Below, one piece after another: positions 29,189-38,200 of a stretch of DNA of 64,000 nt. Below the pieces are notes generated by a model. It saw nothing but the letters and a program-made list of their open reading frames with translations, did not search any database and had not been told where the DNA came from. Source of the stretch: a bacterium (lineage in GTDB: Bacteria > Patescibacteriota > Minisyncoccia > Phycocordibacterales > UBA9973); NCBI GenBank assembly GCA_037127795.1, contig JBAXXQ010000001.1, positions 6,842 to 70,841 of the forward strand. The letters run 5' to 3'. Made by a program: the position numbers and the translations under genes. Each line of letters starts with the position of its first letter. Position 1 is the first letter of the stretch.

Positions 29189-31126
29189 TTAGAGATAGAC
29201 TACTGTACCAAATCCAGCTTCACCAGCACGAGTTTCTCGATAACAAAGTTCTTCTGGAATATCGAGCAAAAATTCACTAGGCAATCGTACATCGCGCATA
29301 CCAAAAATAGTGCGCATTGATGCATAGGTGATAAAAAGTTTTTTGCGTGCACGAGTCACAGCAACATACATGAGTCGTCGTTCTTCTTCTGCGTCTGCAC
29401 CTTGCTTGGTATCACGTTCATGAGGGAACAGTCCTTGTTCAAGTCCTGCGACAAATACTATATCAAACTCGAGACCTTTTGCTGCGTGTATCGTCATCAA
29501 TTTTACTGCATGTGTTTGCTCTGTTTTATTTGCAGTATCCAAACTATCTTGATCAGATGCGAGTGTTGCATCTTCCAATAATTTTTCCAACGCTTCATTC
29601 GTTTCCAAATGTTCATATCGCAATGCAATCGTCACAAGCTCTTGTAAATTTTCTAAACGCTCAGTACCTTCGATACCCTCTGTTTTATACATCGCCTCGA
29701 TACCACTTTTTTGTATTGCAAATTTTACTACTTCAGAAATACTATGTTCATGTGCATACTGTTCTATCGCATCAAGTACTTCAAAATATTTTTCTACAGA
29801 GATGCGCGCTTTACCAGTGAGACTCTCGACTCCTTCAGCAAATAATTTTGCAAGTGTCACTTTTCCAATTCCTCGTGCAGGAATATTTATACTTCGTGCA
29901 ACATCATACAAACTATCTCTGTTGTACACCGCGCGCAAATATGAAAGTACTTCTTTAATTTCTTTTCTTTCAAAAAATCGAATACCCAAAAGTTGATACG
30001 AAACATTGTATGAAAGAAATGCTTCTTCAAGTGCGCGTGATTGGAAGTTGGTTCTAAACAACACTGCAATGTCGCTCGACTTTGTTCCACCATCTACAAG
30101 TTCTACGATTCGCTCTGCAATAAAATTTGCTTCGTCAGTTTCATCATATGCTGTGTAGAGAGAAATTTTTTCTCCGTCTATGTTGTTGGTAAAAAGTGCC
30201 TTAGGTTGACGGTAAGTATTTTTTTGAATAATTTCATTTGCTGCAGCGATGACTGTTTTTGTCGATCGATAATTTTCTTCAAGCAAAATTGTTGCCGCAT
30301 CTTTGTAGTCTCTTTCGAACTCCAAAATATTTTTTATGTTTGCACCACGCCACGAATAAATAGACTGATCAGAGTCTCCCACAACACAAATATTTTTTCT
30401 TTCGCCAGCGAGAATACGCGCCATGTGGTACTGCACTTCGTTCGTATCTTGATACTCATCGACATGAATATACTGCCAGGTATTTTCGCACCACTGTCGA
30501 ACACTCGCATCTGTTTGCAAAAGTTTCAAACTCTCAAGCAAGAGATCATCGAAGTCGAGCGCTTTTTGTGCGCGCTTTTTTTGTGAAAACAATCGCCACA
30601 CATTTCCCGCAATACGATAACTTGGATTTGATTCACTTTGCAATTGCTCATAGGTGCGTGATGCATTTGCTGCAGTACTGATCACATTACGAATACGACG
30701 AGGGTCGTTTTGTTTTGGATCAAGCCCGAGCTCTTTGAGACACTCCTTCATAAGCGACATAGTGTCGTTATCATCGAGCACAGTGAAACGTTTTATACGA
30801 GTTTCATACACACCAAATTTTCTCAACAAAAAAACTCCGAGCGAGTGAAACGTTGCGACGAATGGCATATCACCCTCAGTATAAAAATCTGGTAGTGAGT
30901 TCAGAAGTGAGTGCACACGTTCGCGCATTTCTTTTGCAGCCTTATTTGTAAAGGTTACCGCAAGAATACTTCCTGGTCTCACCCCCTGTGTAACAAGATA
31001 CCCGATTCTATGTGTAACAGTCTTTGTTTTCCCCGCACCAGCACCAGCAACAATCAAAAGCGGTCCTTCTGTAGTAAGTACCGCTTTCTTTTGCGCATCA
31101 TTTAATCCATTCAATAAGCTATCCAT
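29189..31126 (-). CDS. pcrA: ATP-dependent helicase PcrA/UvrD
   Basis: AGAGAGKT, TFTNKAA, DEYQD, VGDSDQSIYSWRGA, TIHAAKGLEF, EERRL.YVAVTRA. Confidence 0.95.
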   Translation of the reverse strand: MDSLLNGLNDAQKKAVLTTEGPLLIVAGAGAGKTKTVTHRIGYLVTQGVRPGSILAVTFTNKAAKEMRERVHSLLNSLPDFYTEGDMPFVATFHSLGVFLLRKFGVYETRIKRFTVLDDNDTMSLMKECLKELGLDPKQNDPRRIRNVISTAANASRTYEQLQSESNPSYRIAGNVWRLFSQKKRAQKALDFDDLLLESLKLLQTDASVRQWCENTWQYIHVDEYQDTNEVQYHMARILAGERKNICVVGDSDQSIYSWRGANIKNILEFERDYKDAATILLEENYRSTKTVIAAANEIIQKNTYRQPKALFTNNIDGEKISLYTAYDETDEANFIAERIVELVDGGTKSSDIAVLFRTNFQSRALEEAFLSYNVSYQLLGIRFFERKEIKEVLSYLRAVYNRDSLYDVARSINIPARGIGKVTLAKLFAEGVESLTGKARISVEKYFEVLDAIEQYAHEHSISEVVKFAIQKSGIEAMYKTEGIEGTERLENLQELVTIALRYEHLETNEALEKLLEDATLASDQDSLDTANKTEQTHAVKLMTIHAAKGLEFDIVFVAGLEQGLFPHERDTKQGADAEEERRLMYVAVTRARKKLFITYASMRTIFGMRDVRLPSEFLLDIPEELCYRETRAGEAGFGTVVYL

Positions 31127-31200
31127 ACATATAGTATACACTACGACCATTACTATTGACTTTTTTTGTTTTTTATGAGACTATATAAAAAACATTTAGT

Positions 31201-31365
31201 ATGAATTTTATGACATTAGTTGATTTCCCTATTGAACAGGGTACCACTATCCAACAACCATCAAAAGAGGTTGGAATAATATTTATAATTGCGTTTGCAA
31301 CAGCACTCGTATATAGCATATACAGTGTTATAAAAAGCAGATTCAAAAAAAATAATATTGAGTAA
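31201..31365 (+). CDS. Small single-TM protein (54 aa; not in the ORF track)
   Basis: MNFMTLVDFPIEQGTTIQQPSKEVGIIFIIAFATALVYSIYSVIKSRFKKNNIE; upstream TTGACT and downstream hairpin. Confidence 0.55.
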   Translation: MNFMTLVDFPIEQGTTIQQPSKEVGIIFIIAFATALVYSIYSVIKSRFKKNNIE

Positions 31366-31378
31366 AAAACAAACTCAC

Positions 31379-31415
31379 GCGTCCGCAGAAAAATATTTTT
31401 CTGCGGACGCATTTT
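31379..31415 (+). terminator. Intrinsic terminator
   Basis: GCGTCCGCAGAAAAA-ta-TTTTTCTGCGGACGC. Confidence 0.75.
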
Positions 31416-31495
31416 CTATTATTTGACTCACACTCAAAAATGTTTTCCAATCAAAAAGACCTCAAAATATCTGGTATGATTATTTTTGCAAACGT

Positions 31496-32593
31496 ATGTT
31501 TACAAAACACACAAATAAATACTTTTCCAAAACAACCGGCACTATACTTTCTTTCGTACTTATATACAGTACGACCGGTATTCTTCTTGCAAAACAAATC
31601 ACCTCTTTCAGACACACAAACACTTCGCAAGTAAAAAACGAGGAGGTGTCTTTGCCACAAGTTGGCCACATCACAAATGAAAATACTATCGAGCCACTCG
31701 CCGCAACAAACGACAAACCAAGTATCAGCACATATACTGTTGTGACTGGTGACACACTCGCAAGTGTTGCAAAAAAATTCGACATCTCAGTCAACACTAT
31801 TTTGTGGGCAAACAATCTCTCTTCAAAATCTGCGCTCAAAGTAGGACAAAAACTTGTCATCCTCCCAGTGACCGGAATTACATATACAGTAAAAAAAGGT
31901 GACACACTCGGTAGTATTGCAAAAAAATTAAAAGCAGATCAATCAGAAATAATTTCTTTCAACGATCTCGGTGATGCAAAGTATATTAAGGTAGGAATGA
32001 AACTTGTGATCCCTGATGTAGAACCACAAATTCCAACAAAGACTCCAGAGAAAAAAGTAACAGAAAAAACACAACCTAAAAAATCAGAACCGAAAAAAAA
32101 TGAGACTCCGAGTGTTACTACTCAACAAGCAACAACTCCTTCACAAACTACTACTCCAACACAAGAGCTCGATGCACCCGCAGCACCAGCACCAAGCACT
32201 ACCCCACTCAAATCAACAACAGATTATTTTATTATGCCGATCCCTGGAAGCCACATCTCACAAGGACTTCACGGGTACAACTCTGTAGACTTTGGTGCAC
32301 CAACAGGAACACCTGTACTCGCAGCTGCAGATGGTATTGTGATCGTTGCAAAAAACGATAATGGCTTTGGTGGCGGCTATGGTAACTACATCGTAATCTC
32401 TCACCCCAATGGTACACAGACTCTCTACGCCCATCTTTCAAAAGTAGAAGTTGGTGTTGAAGATACTGTAAAGCAAGGTGCTGAAATTGGTAAGTGTGGG
32501 AGAACAGGGCGCGCTACTGGTCCTCACCTTCACTTCGAAGTTCGTGGTGGAGTGAACCCTTGGGTTGGTATGAAAGTCGGCACTAGTTTTTAA
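31496..32593 (+). CDS. LysM x2 plus M23 peptidase
   Basis: YTV..GDTL repeats; HGYNSVDF, YGNY, YAHL, GPHLHFE. Confidence 0.93.
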   Translation: MFTKHTNKYFSKTTGTILSFVLIYSTTGILLAKQITSFRHTNTSQVKNEEVSLPQVGHITNENTIEPLAATNDKPSISTYTVVTGDTLASVAKKFDISVNTILWANNLSSKSALKVGQKLVILPVTGITYTVKKGDTLGSIAKKLKADQSEIISFNDLGDAKYIKVGMKLVIPDVEPQIPTKTPEKKVTEKTQPKKSEPKKNETPSVTTQQATTPSQTTTPTQELDAPAAPAPSTTPLKSTTDYFIMPIPGSHISQGLHGYNSVDFGAPTGTPVLAAADGIVIVAKNDNGFGGGYGNYIVISHPNGTQTLYAHLSKVEVGVEDTVKQGAEIGKCGRTGRATGPHLHFEVRGGVNPWVGMKVGTSF

Positions 32594-32644
32594 AAAAAAT
32601 ACGAAACAAAAAAAAAGAACCCGGAAGGGTTCTTGGTGTTTTAC

Positions 32645-33181
32645 TTAGTAGGTATCTACAATATACTCAACATCATCTAGTGTCTCAATATCGCCATACT
32701 CACTAGCATGCTCAGAAACTTTTTTGTTGATAGTTTCAGCAATCGTGATATCGTGATTGATACTCCTTACCATGTCGGCCACAGAAATCTCAAACACCTC
32801 TCTTTTGCCAGTGAATCTTTCAAAAAAGTCATCATGCTTGGTAAGCACTGTATCCCACCCTACTTGCACCATACCAGTACTTTTGATGATATATTCCATC
32901 CAAAAATAATGGTGCTTGGTACTAATAAGTGTGATGTACAAATACGCGAGATTCCCTTCTTCAGAATATTCTGTATTCCTATCTTCAAGCGCAACATCCA
33001 TAAGATCTGTATCTATAGCGAGATCGTTAGGAAAATCTTTTTCATCACGCCATTGTTTCAGATTACACAAACGATCTTTTACCACAGAAGACACTTTTAG
33101 ATACAGCGGAATTTTTTCATAATCCAAACCACAGAGTATACTAAGCAAAATTTCATTGTTTACAGTACTAGTACTATTCAT
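32645..33181 (-). CDS. Orphan acidic protein
   Basis: 178-aa ORF with an A-rich leader; GAACC-cggaa-GGTTC-type hairpin downstream. Confidence 0.65.
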   Translation of the reverse strand: MNSTSTVNNEILLSILCGLDYEKIPLYLKVSSVVKDRLCNLKQWRDEKDFPNDLAIDTDLMDVALEDRNTEYSEEGNLAYLYITLISTKHHYFWMEYIIKSTGMVQVGWDTVLTKHDDFFERFTGKREVFEISVADMVRSINHDITIAETINKKVSEHASEYGDIETLDDVEYIVDTY

Positions 33182-33211
33182 ATTTTATTTTTTTAAGAAT
33201 GAACAAATTTA

Positions 33212-33293
33212 TTTTCACTATCAACACACCATCAATTGATGAGCTGAACAATGAGGACACTTTTATACTTTTAAAGGCGTGTCCGTTTTCCTT
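33212..33293 (-). ncRNA. Structured RNA motif, copy 1
   Basis: 46/47 nt identical to copy 2, plus stem GGACAC/GTGTCC. Confidence 0.65.
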
Positions 33294-33442
33294 GAAGGTC
33301 TTAGCTTCTTGTATATGGTAGTAGTAATTATTTTATTAGGCACTACCTGATACCTAAATCACTTTTTCCATCCGAAGATGTACTTTCTGTTGCCAACCGG
33401 ATCTTCTATAGAAATAGAAGATGTGGTGATACCGGTCCGTTT

Positions 33443-33835
33443 CTACTCGTCTTCATCTTCACGCATAATATATGTAACATACTCATCAGCATGATAAAAA
33501 TAAATGAAGTGCTCATCCTCATACTTATAGAGCCACTCTTCTCCATCAATAAGAAAAAGTGGTTGTATGGCGTCGATTCTAAACCAATCAGTATTCTCAA
33601 CCTTCAAAATAATGGTTGCTCCAATACCTCTTCGTTGAATAGATCGATTAACCATCTCCGCAGTTATAGGAATTTGCCCAAGTCCTTTATATTCAAAACT
33701 TTCAAGAAAGTATAGATTTAAGCCGTACGTATCATCTACACTATCAGACTCTGAATATATAAAACATCGGCGACTAGATACTTCAAGATTTATACAGTCT
33801 TGCACTGCTTTACGGATTGTTTTAAATTGATCCAT
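33443..33835 (-). CDS. Orphan acidic protein
   Basis: 130-aa ORF. Confidence 0.6.
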   Translation of the reverse strand: MDQFKTIRKAVQDCINLEVSSRRCFIYSESDSVDDTYGLNLYFLESFEYKGLGQIPITAEMVNRSIQRRGIGATIILKVENTDWFRIDAIQPLFLIDGEEWLYKYEDEHFIYFYHADEYVTYIMREDEDE

Positions 33836-33957
33836 AAAAATTTCCCAGACAGCTGAATGCTGTTTTCCGTTCCTTGAAACGGGGTTTTATTAACTGGGTA
33901 ACGAGTTTCTTAAACTCTTTTTCGTTTTTAAAAGAACACTTATAGTGACTCACACTC

Positions 33958-34044
33958 AAGGATGTTTTTCACTATCAACACACCATCAATTGATGAGCTG
34001 AATAATGAGGACGATTTTACTACATAGGCTCGTCCATTTTCCTT
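33958..34044 (-). ncRNA. Structured RNA motif, copy 2
   Basis: Covarying stem GGACGA/TCGTCC, long bulged hairpin, closing AAGGA/TCCTT. Confidence 0.65.
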
Positions 34045-34046
34045 TT

Positions 34047-34214
34047 TTAATTTGAACTCTTATTTTTGTTATGAAAGATAAAAAATATATCAATCAGGTA
34101 ACACATAACCAAAACCCCTAATGTGAGAACTATAATAATCCCCACAGGATTACCTATTACTGCTTGAGTAATAAAAGTTAAGATAGCAAAAATAATGTTT
34201 CTTCTGTGTTTCAT
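34047..34214 (-). CDS. Small two-TM protein (55 aa)
   Basis: MKHRRNIIFAILTF...; first ORF after the promoter. Confidence 0.6.
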   Translation of the reverse strand: MKHRRNIIFAILTFITQAVIGNPVGIIIVLTLGVLVMCYLIDIFFIFHNKNKSSN

Positions 34215-34228
34215 TTTTTTAATTTTAG

Positions 34229-34281
34229 TGAACAAATGTTTTATCTGAGTACATCATAGCACCTTGTTTGATTTATGTCAA
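34229..34281 (-). promoter_or_regulatory. sigma70 promoter plus conserved leader, copy A
   Basis: TTGACA-17-(TGc)TATGAT; 33 bp identical to 35676-35708. Confidence 0.85.
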
Positions 34282-34361
34282 GTACATAGTCAATATATTT
34301 AGCACTATTTATCAACTTTAATATTATAAAATAAGGTTTATTTTATAAAAAAGAATATTTG

Positions 34362-34401
34362 TGTCAAAATTATTGACATTTTATACCCTATTTTATATAC
34401 T
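34362..34401 (+). promoter_or_regulatory. Regulator promoter overlapped by an inverted repeat (candidate operator)
   Basis: TGTCAA-N5-TTGACA, then 17 nt, TATACT, 6 nt, ATG. Confidence 0.7.
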
Positions 34402-34407
34402 TATTTT

Positions 34408-35160
34408 ATGGAAGACCAAATACAAGCACTTATTAAGATAGGACTTACAGACAAACAAGCTGTTGTCTACACCGCACTTCTTGAGCTTGGTGAAGCAAAA
34501 ATGACTCATATTGCCCGCCACGCAAAACTCAAACGTCCTACCGTATACCTTGTCATAGAAGAACTTATAGAGCTTGGACTAGTATCTCTCATAGAAAAAG
34601 GTAACAAGAAGATATATTCTTCAGTACACCCCAATCGTATTGCTGAGCTACTAGAATCACGCAAACAACAATACCAAGAGCTACTCCCCGACCTTCTCGC
34701 TCGATACGGATCTATCCGTGGTAAACCAAAAGTACAAATGCTCGAAGGTATACAAGGTATCAAGCAAGCATACCAAGAAGCCTACACACTACTTCTCGAA
34801 AATGAGAATGAGGGTTTGTGGTTTGGCAATATTTCTTTTCTCCTAAAGCACTTTCCCCAAGTAATTAAAGAATATAATATAGTATTAAACTCTTTAAAAA
34901 AATATAAGATTCGTGAAATAATTATAGGGGGTATAGAGAGTAAGCAGTGGGTAGAAAAAATGCAATCAAATCAAAAACCTAATCATCAAATAAAATATCT
35001 TGATGATAGTGAGCAATGCGGGATTACCGACCAATTCATAATAGGTAATAAAATTATACTTTTTTCTATGAATAAGGAATTGTTCACCCTTATAATAGAG
35101 AGCGAAGAGATTGTAAAAACTCAACGCTTTTTGTTTGAACAAATCTGGAAAAACAATTAA
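34408..35160 (+). CDS. TrmB-family wHTH regulator #1
   Basis: IGLTDKQAVVYTALLELG, LKRPTVYLV, PKV..LEG..GIK. Confidence 0.85.
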   Translation: MEDQIQALIKIGLTDKQAVVYTALLELGEAKMTHIARHAKLKRPTVYLVIEELIELGLVSLIEKGNKKIYSSVHPNRIAELLESRKQQYQELLPDLLARYGSIRGKPKVQMLEGIQGIKQAYQEAYTLLLENENEGLWFGNISFLLKHFPQVIKEYNIVLNSLKKYKIREIIIGGIESKQWVEKMQSNQKPNHQIKYLDDSEQCGITDQFIIGNKIILFSMNKELFTLIIESEEIVKTQRFLFEQIWKNN

Positions 35161-35183
35161 TATTTATATTTTAAATGAACATT

Positions 35184-35237
35184 TTCTGTTTCGCTCTTTT
35201 GAGCTCATCAGTCGAAATAATACATCTCGAGACAGAA
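35184..35237 (-). ncRNA. Hammerhead ribozyme (type III topology)
   Basis: UUCUGUC^UCGAGAU-GUAUU-AUUUCGA CUGAUGA GCUC-AAAA-GAGC GAAA CAGAA: complete core and three paired stems. Confidence 0.9.
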
Positions 35238-35292
35238 CGGAGCTTTTTCAAACTCCGTAGTTTGTGAACGATTTTATCTTTAGGATCATTCT

Positions 35293-35652
35293 TTACCCTC
35301 TTGAGTTTCTTAAAAAGGATAATATGTTTTCACCCTCAATGCTTGTACATTTTGAATTTATATATCTTTCACGTATATAACCTTCAGTATGTTTTGTGAT
35401 AGAAAAACCCGTAAGCTTTGAAATTGCTTTGAGACGACCCAAGTCGCACATACACCCACAATCACCTAAATTTTTTGTTTTCCTTGTAACAAATTCTTTA
35501 CATACCAATTGAAAATCTTTTTTATTTTTAACCATTAGGTATAAGGCTTTCTTAGATGGAGAACCTGTATCTCCCTTATCCTGAAAACCGATTTCGAGTA
35601 ATGAAAGATTGTCTGTTGCAACAAAAAACAAATTTAATAAATTTTTTTTCAT
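35293..35652 (-). CDS. Orphan basic protein with a CGCMC motif
   Basis: 119-aa ORF downstream of promoter copy B. Confidence 0.6.
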   Translation of the reverse strand: MKKNLLNLFFVATDNLSLLEIGFQDKGDTGSPSKKALYLMVKNKKDFQLVCKEFVTRKTKNLGDCGCMCDLGRLKAISKLTGFSITKHTEGYIRERYINSKCTSIEGENILSFLRNSRG

Positions 35653-35675
35653 ATGTGTAAGTTTTTTAATTTAAA

Positions 35676-35728
35676 TGAACAAATGTTTTATCTGAGTACA
35701 TCATAGCAGTTTTGTAAAGGTTTGTCAA
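35676..35728 (-). promoter_or_regulatory. sigma70 promoter plus conserved leader, copy B
   Basis: TTGACA-17-(TGc)TATGAT. Confidence 0.85.
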
Positions 35729-35829
35729 TATAACATCAAATAAATATTTGTAAATATATAAAAATATATTATAAAATATAGATAAAAAAGTGTTGACCAT
35801 ACTCCAACAACATGATATATTTATTATAT

Positions 35830-36597
35830 ATGATTGAACAATCGCTGCAAAAATTAGGGTTTTCTGAGAAAGAAATAGCTATATATCTATGTGTTCTAGA
35901 GCACGGCAAACTATCTGCGGCTATAGTAGCTCGTATCACAAAAATCAATAGAACAACTGTCTATAGTGTGACAAAAGAGCTTATTTCTAAAGGGTTTATT
36001 ATAGAAGATATAGGAGGGGTAAATCGCTACTATACCGCACTACAACCAAACGACATACCTGGATTATATAAAAAAGAAGAGCAATTACTCCAAGAAAAGA
36101 AAAAGATAGTAGATCAGGTAATACAAGAACTTGCCTCTATTCCAAAATCAAAAAGTTATTCAGTTCCCAAGATTCGCTTTATCGATGAATACCACTTAAA
36201 CGATTTCCTTCATACACAACTCCCTGTCTGGATAGAAAGTGCAAAATCTACAGACAAAAACTGGTGGGGCTTTCAAGATGTTTCTTTTATAGATACCTAT
36301 CCAGACTGGTACAAATACCATTGGGAGATTTTTCCCAAAGAATACGGCACAAGACTATTTACCAACCAAAAACCTTCTGAGGAAAAATTTGCAAAACATG
36401 TCTCTGACACAGAGCGTCGACAGATTAAGTATTGGTCAAAATCAAAAGACTTTACTGCAACACACGCCGTTCTTGGCGACTATGTATTGTTTTCTATCAC
36501 AAACCAAAGACCTCATTATGCCGTAGAAATACACGACGCTGTCATGGCGGAAAATATCCGAGAGATATTTAGGGGGTTATGGGAGGAAGTTAATTAA
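35830..36597 (+). CDS. TrmB-family wHTH regulator #2
   Basis: LGFSEKEIAIY, INRTTVYSV.KEL, YSVPKIRFI. Confidence 0.85.
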   Translation: MIEQSLQKLGFSEKEIAIYLCVLEHGKLSAAIVARITKINRTTVYSVTKELISKGFIIEDIGGVNRYYTALQPNDIPGLYKKEEQLLQEKKKIVDQVIQELASIPKSKSYSVPKIRFIDEYHLNDFLHTQLPVWIESAKSTDKNWWGFQDVSFIDTYPDWYKYHWEIFPKEYGTRLFTNQKPSEEKFAKHVSDTERRQIKYWSKSKDFTATHAVLGDYVLFSITNQRPHYAVEIHDAVMAENIREIFRGLWEEVN

Positions 36598-38114
36598 TAC
36601 TCAATCTTTGGTCTATATTGCAATGCTTCGAGAATGTGACTTGTTTCTATAGTTGGAGATTTTTCGAGGTCGGCGATAGTGCGAGCGACTTTGATAGTAC
36701 GCATATATGCGCGCGGAGAGAGTTTCAATTTTGTCGCATAGTTTTGCAATTGTGTTTTTGCGTTTTGTGAAAGCTGCGACTTTTCTTGTACTTCCCGGCT
36801 CGAGAGGACGCTGTTTAATTTTCCTCGACTACTGTTTTGTATATCTTGTGTACGACATACCAATTCGCGCAATATAGGACTTTCTTTTGTTTCTACTTTT
36901 GTATGCAAATCTTCATATTCAACATGAGTCACTGGTACCCACAGATCGATACGGTCTATTATAGGACCTGAGAGTTTTTTACTATATCGCGCGAGCTCAT
37001 TTGCACTACACGTGCACTGCTTGATACTACTTCCTCTATATCCACACGGACATGGATTCATCGCGGCGAGTAATATGAAACGCGCTGGATATCGGATACT
37101 TCCTTTTGCACGAGCGACAGTGATAGATCCATCTTCGAGTGGTTCACGAAGCGCTTCTATCACTCGACGATCAAACTCTGGGAATTCATCCATATACAGT
37201 ACACCACGATGCGCCATAGTAATATCCCCTGGGCGAAGATTGGTCCCACCACCAATTATCGCAACATGACTTGCACTATGATGTGGCGCGCGAAACGGAC
37301 TCGCTCCGTGTAACACATCATCGATAAGTCCCACACTCGAATAAATAGTTGCAACCTCCAAAAAATGTTCTTCAGATAATTTGGGTAAAATAGAGTGAAA
37401 GCTTTTTGCAAGCATAGTCTTCCCTGTCCCTGGTGGTCCATAGAGTACTATGTTGTGCCCGCCAGCAGCCGCGATAGTAAGTGCACGTTTTGCATTCATC
37501 TGCCCACGAATATCTGCAAAATCTGTACCAGACTCTATTTCAAAAATACTTCTCGTGCGAGGTTTTTCTCTATCGACTATATTCACAGCACTTTCTTCAC
37601 CTTGTAAAAAATGCACCACATCTGCAAGGGTGGGTACGAGGTAACACTCGACACCGCTGACAAGCAAAGCTTCTTGTTCATTTCCTATTGGCATAAATAC
37701 TTTTTGTATACCCATCTTTTTTGCAAATTGTAAAATGGAAAGCATACCGCGTACCACTCGGACATCGCCATTAAGTCCAAGCTCTCCAACAAAAAGCATA
37801 CTACTCATATCGAGCGTGAGTACTTCTGTCGCAGCGAGATACCCTATCGCTATCGCCATATCAAAATACGCACCTTCTTTTTTGAGTTCTGCAGGCGAGA
37901 GCGACACTATCACTTTATGATTTTCTGCTTTTGGATTTTTGCCAAGAGAATTTCGTAACGCACTTATTACTCGCTCGCGCGCTTCTTCTACTGCTTTATC
38001 AGGAAGTCCTACAATTTGAAAAAGATATAACCCTCGAGAAATATCGGTCTCCACCACTACACTGGTTGCACCAAGTCCATGCATTTGCGCACTCTGTACT
38101 CGTGAAAACGCCAT
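36594..38114 (-). CDS. comM: YifB/ComM Mg-chelatase-like AAA+ ATPase
   Basis: IVGLPD.AV.EARER, GPPGTGKT, FRAPHH, DEFPEF, MNPCPCG, SGPIIDRID, ARTIADL. Confidence 0.92.
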   Translation of the reverse strand: MAFSRVQSAQMHGLGATSVVVETDISRGLYLFQIVGLPDKAVEEARERVISALRNSLGKNPKAENHKVIVSLSPAELKKEGAYFDMAIAIGYLAATEVLTLDMSSMLFVGELGLNGDVRVVRGMLSILQFAKKMGIQKVFMPIGNEQEALLVSGVECYLVPTLADVVHFLQGEESAVNIVDREKPRTRSIFEIESGTDFADIRGQMNAKRALTIAAAGGHNIVLYGPPGTGKTMLAKSFHSILPKLSEEHFLEVATIYSSVGLIDDVLHGASPFRAPHHSASHVAIIGGGTNLRPGDITMAHRGVLYMDEFPEFDRRVIEALREPLEDGSITVARAKGSIRYPARFILLAAMNPCPCGYRGSSIKQCTCSANELARYSKKLSGPIIDRIDLWVPVTHVEYEDLHTKVETKESPILRELVCRTQDIQNSSRGKLNSVLSSREVQEKSQLSQNAKTQLQNYATKLKLSPRAYMRTIKVARTIADLEKSPTIETSHILEALQYRPKIEY

Positions 38115-38200
38115 ATATATTTTTTAGTATATCACTTCAAAAATTTTTTACTTGTGTATAAATTAAAAACACCTCACTTTCATGAGGTATTTTTAATAAA

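Noticed and set aside
33355-33440. HDV-like ribozyme
   Set aside because: CCGGUUGGCAACA resembles HDV, but P3/L3, P1.1 and the catalytic C in J4/2 are missing
33483-33490. Another CTGATGAG hammerhead core on the minus strand
   Set aside because: Inside a CDS, with no stem II/GAAA or stem III support
33212-34044. CRISPR array or integron attC sites
   Set aside because: Only two copies ~750 bp apart, no cas genes, no RYYYAAC/GTTRRRY ends, and the recombinase looks like a housekeeping Xer without an evident IntI insertion
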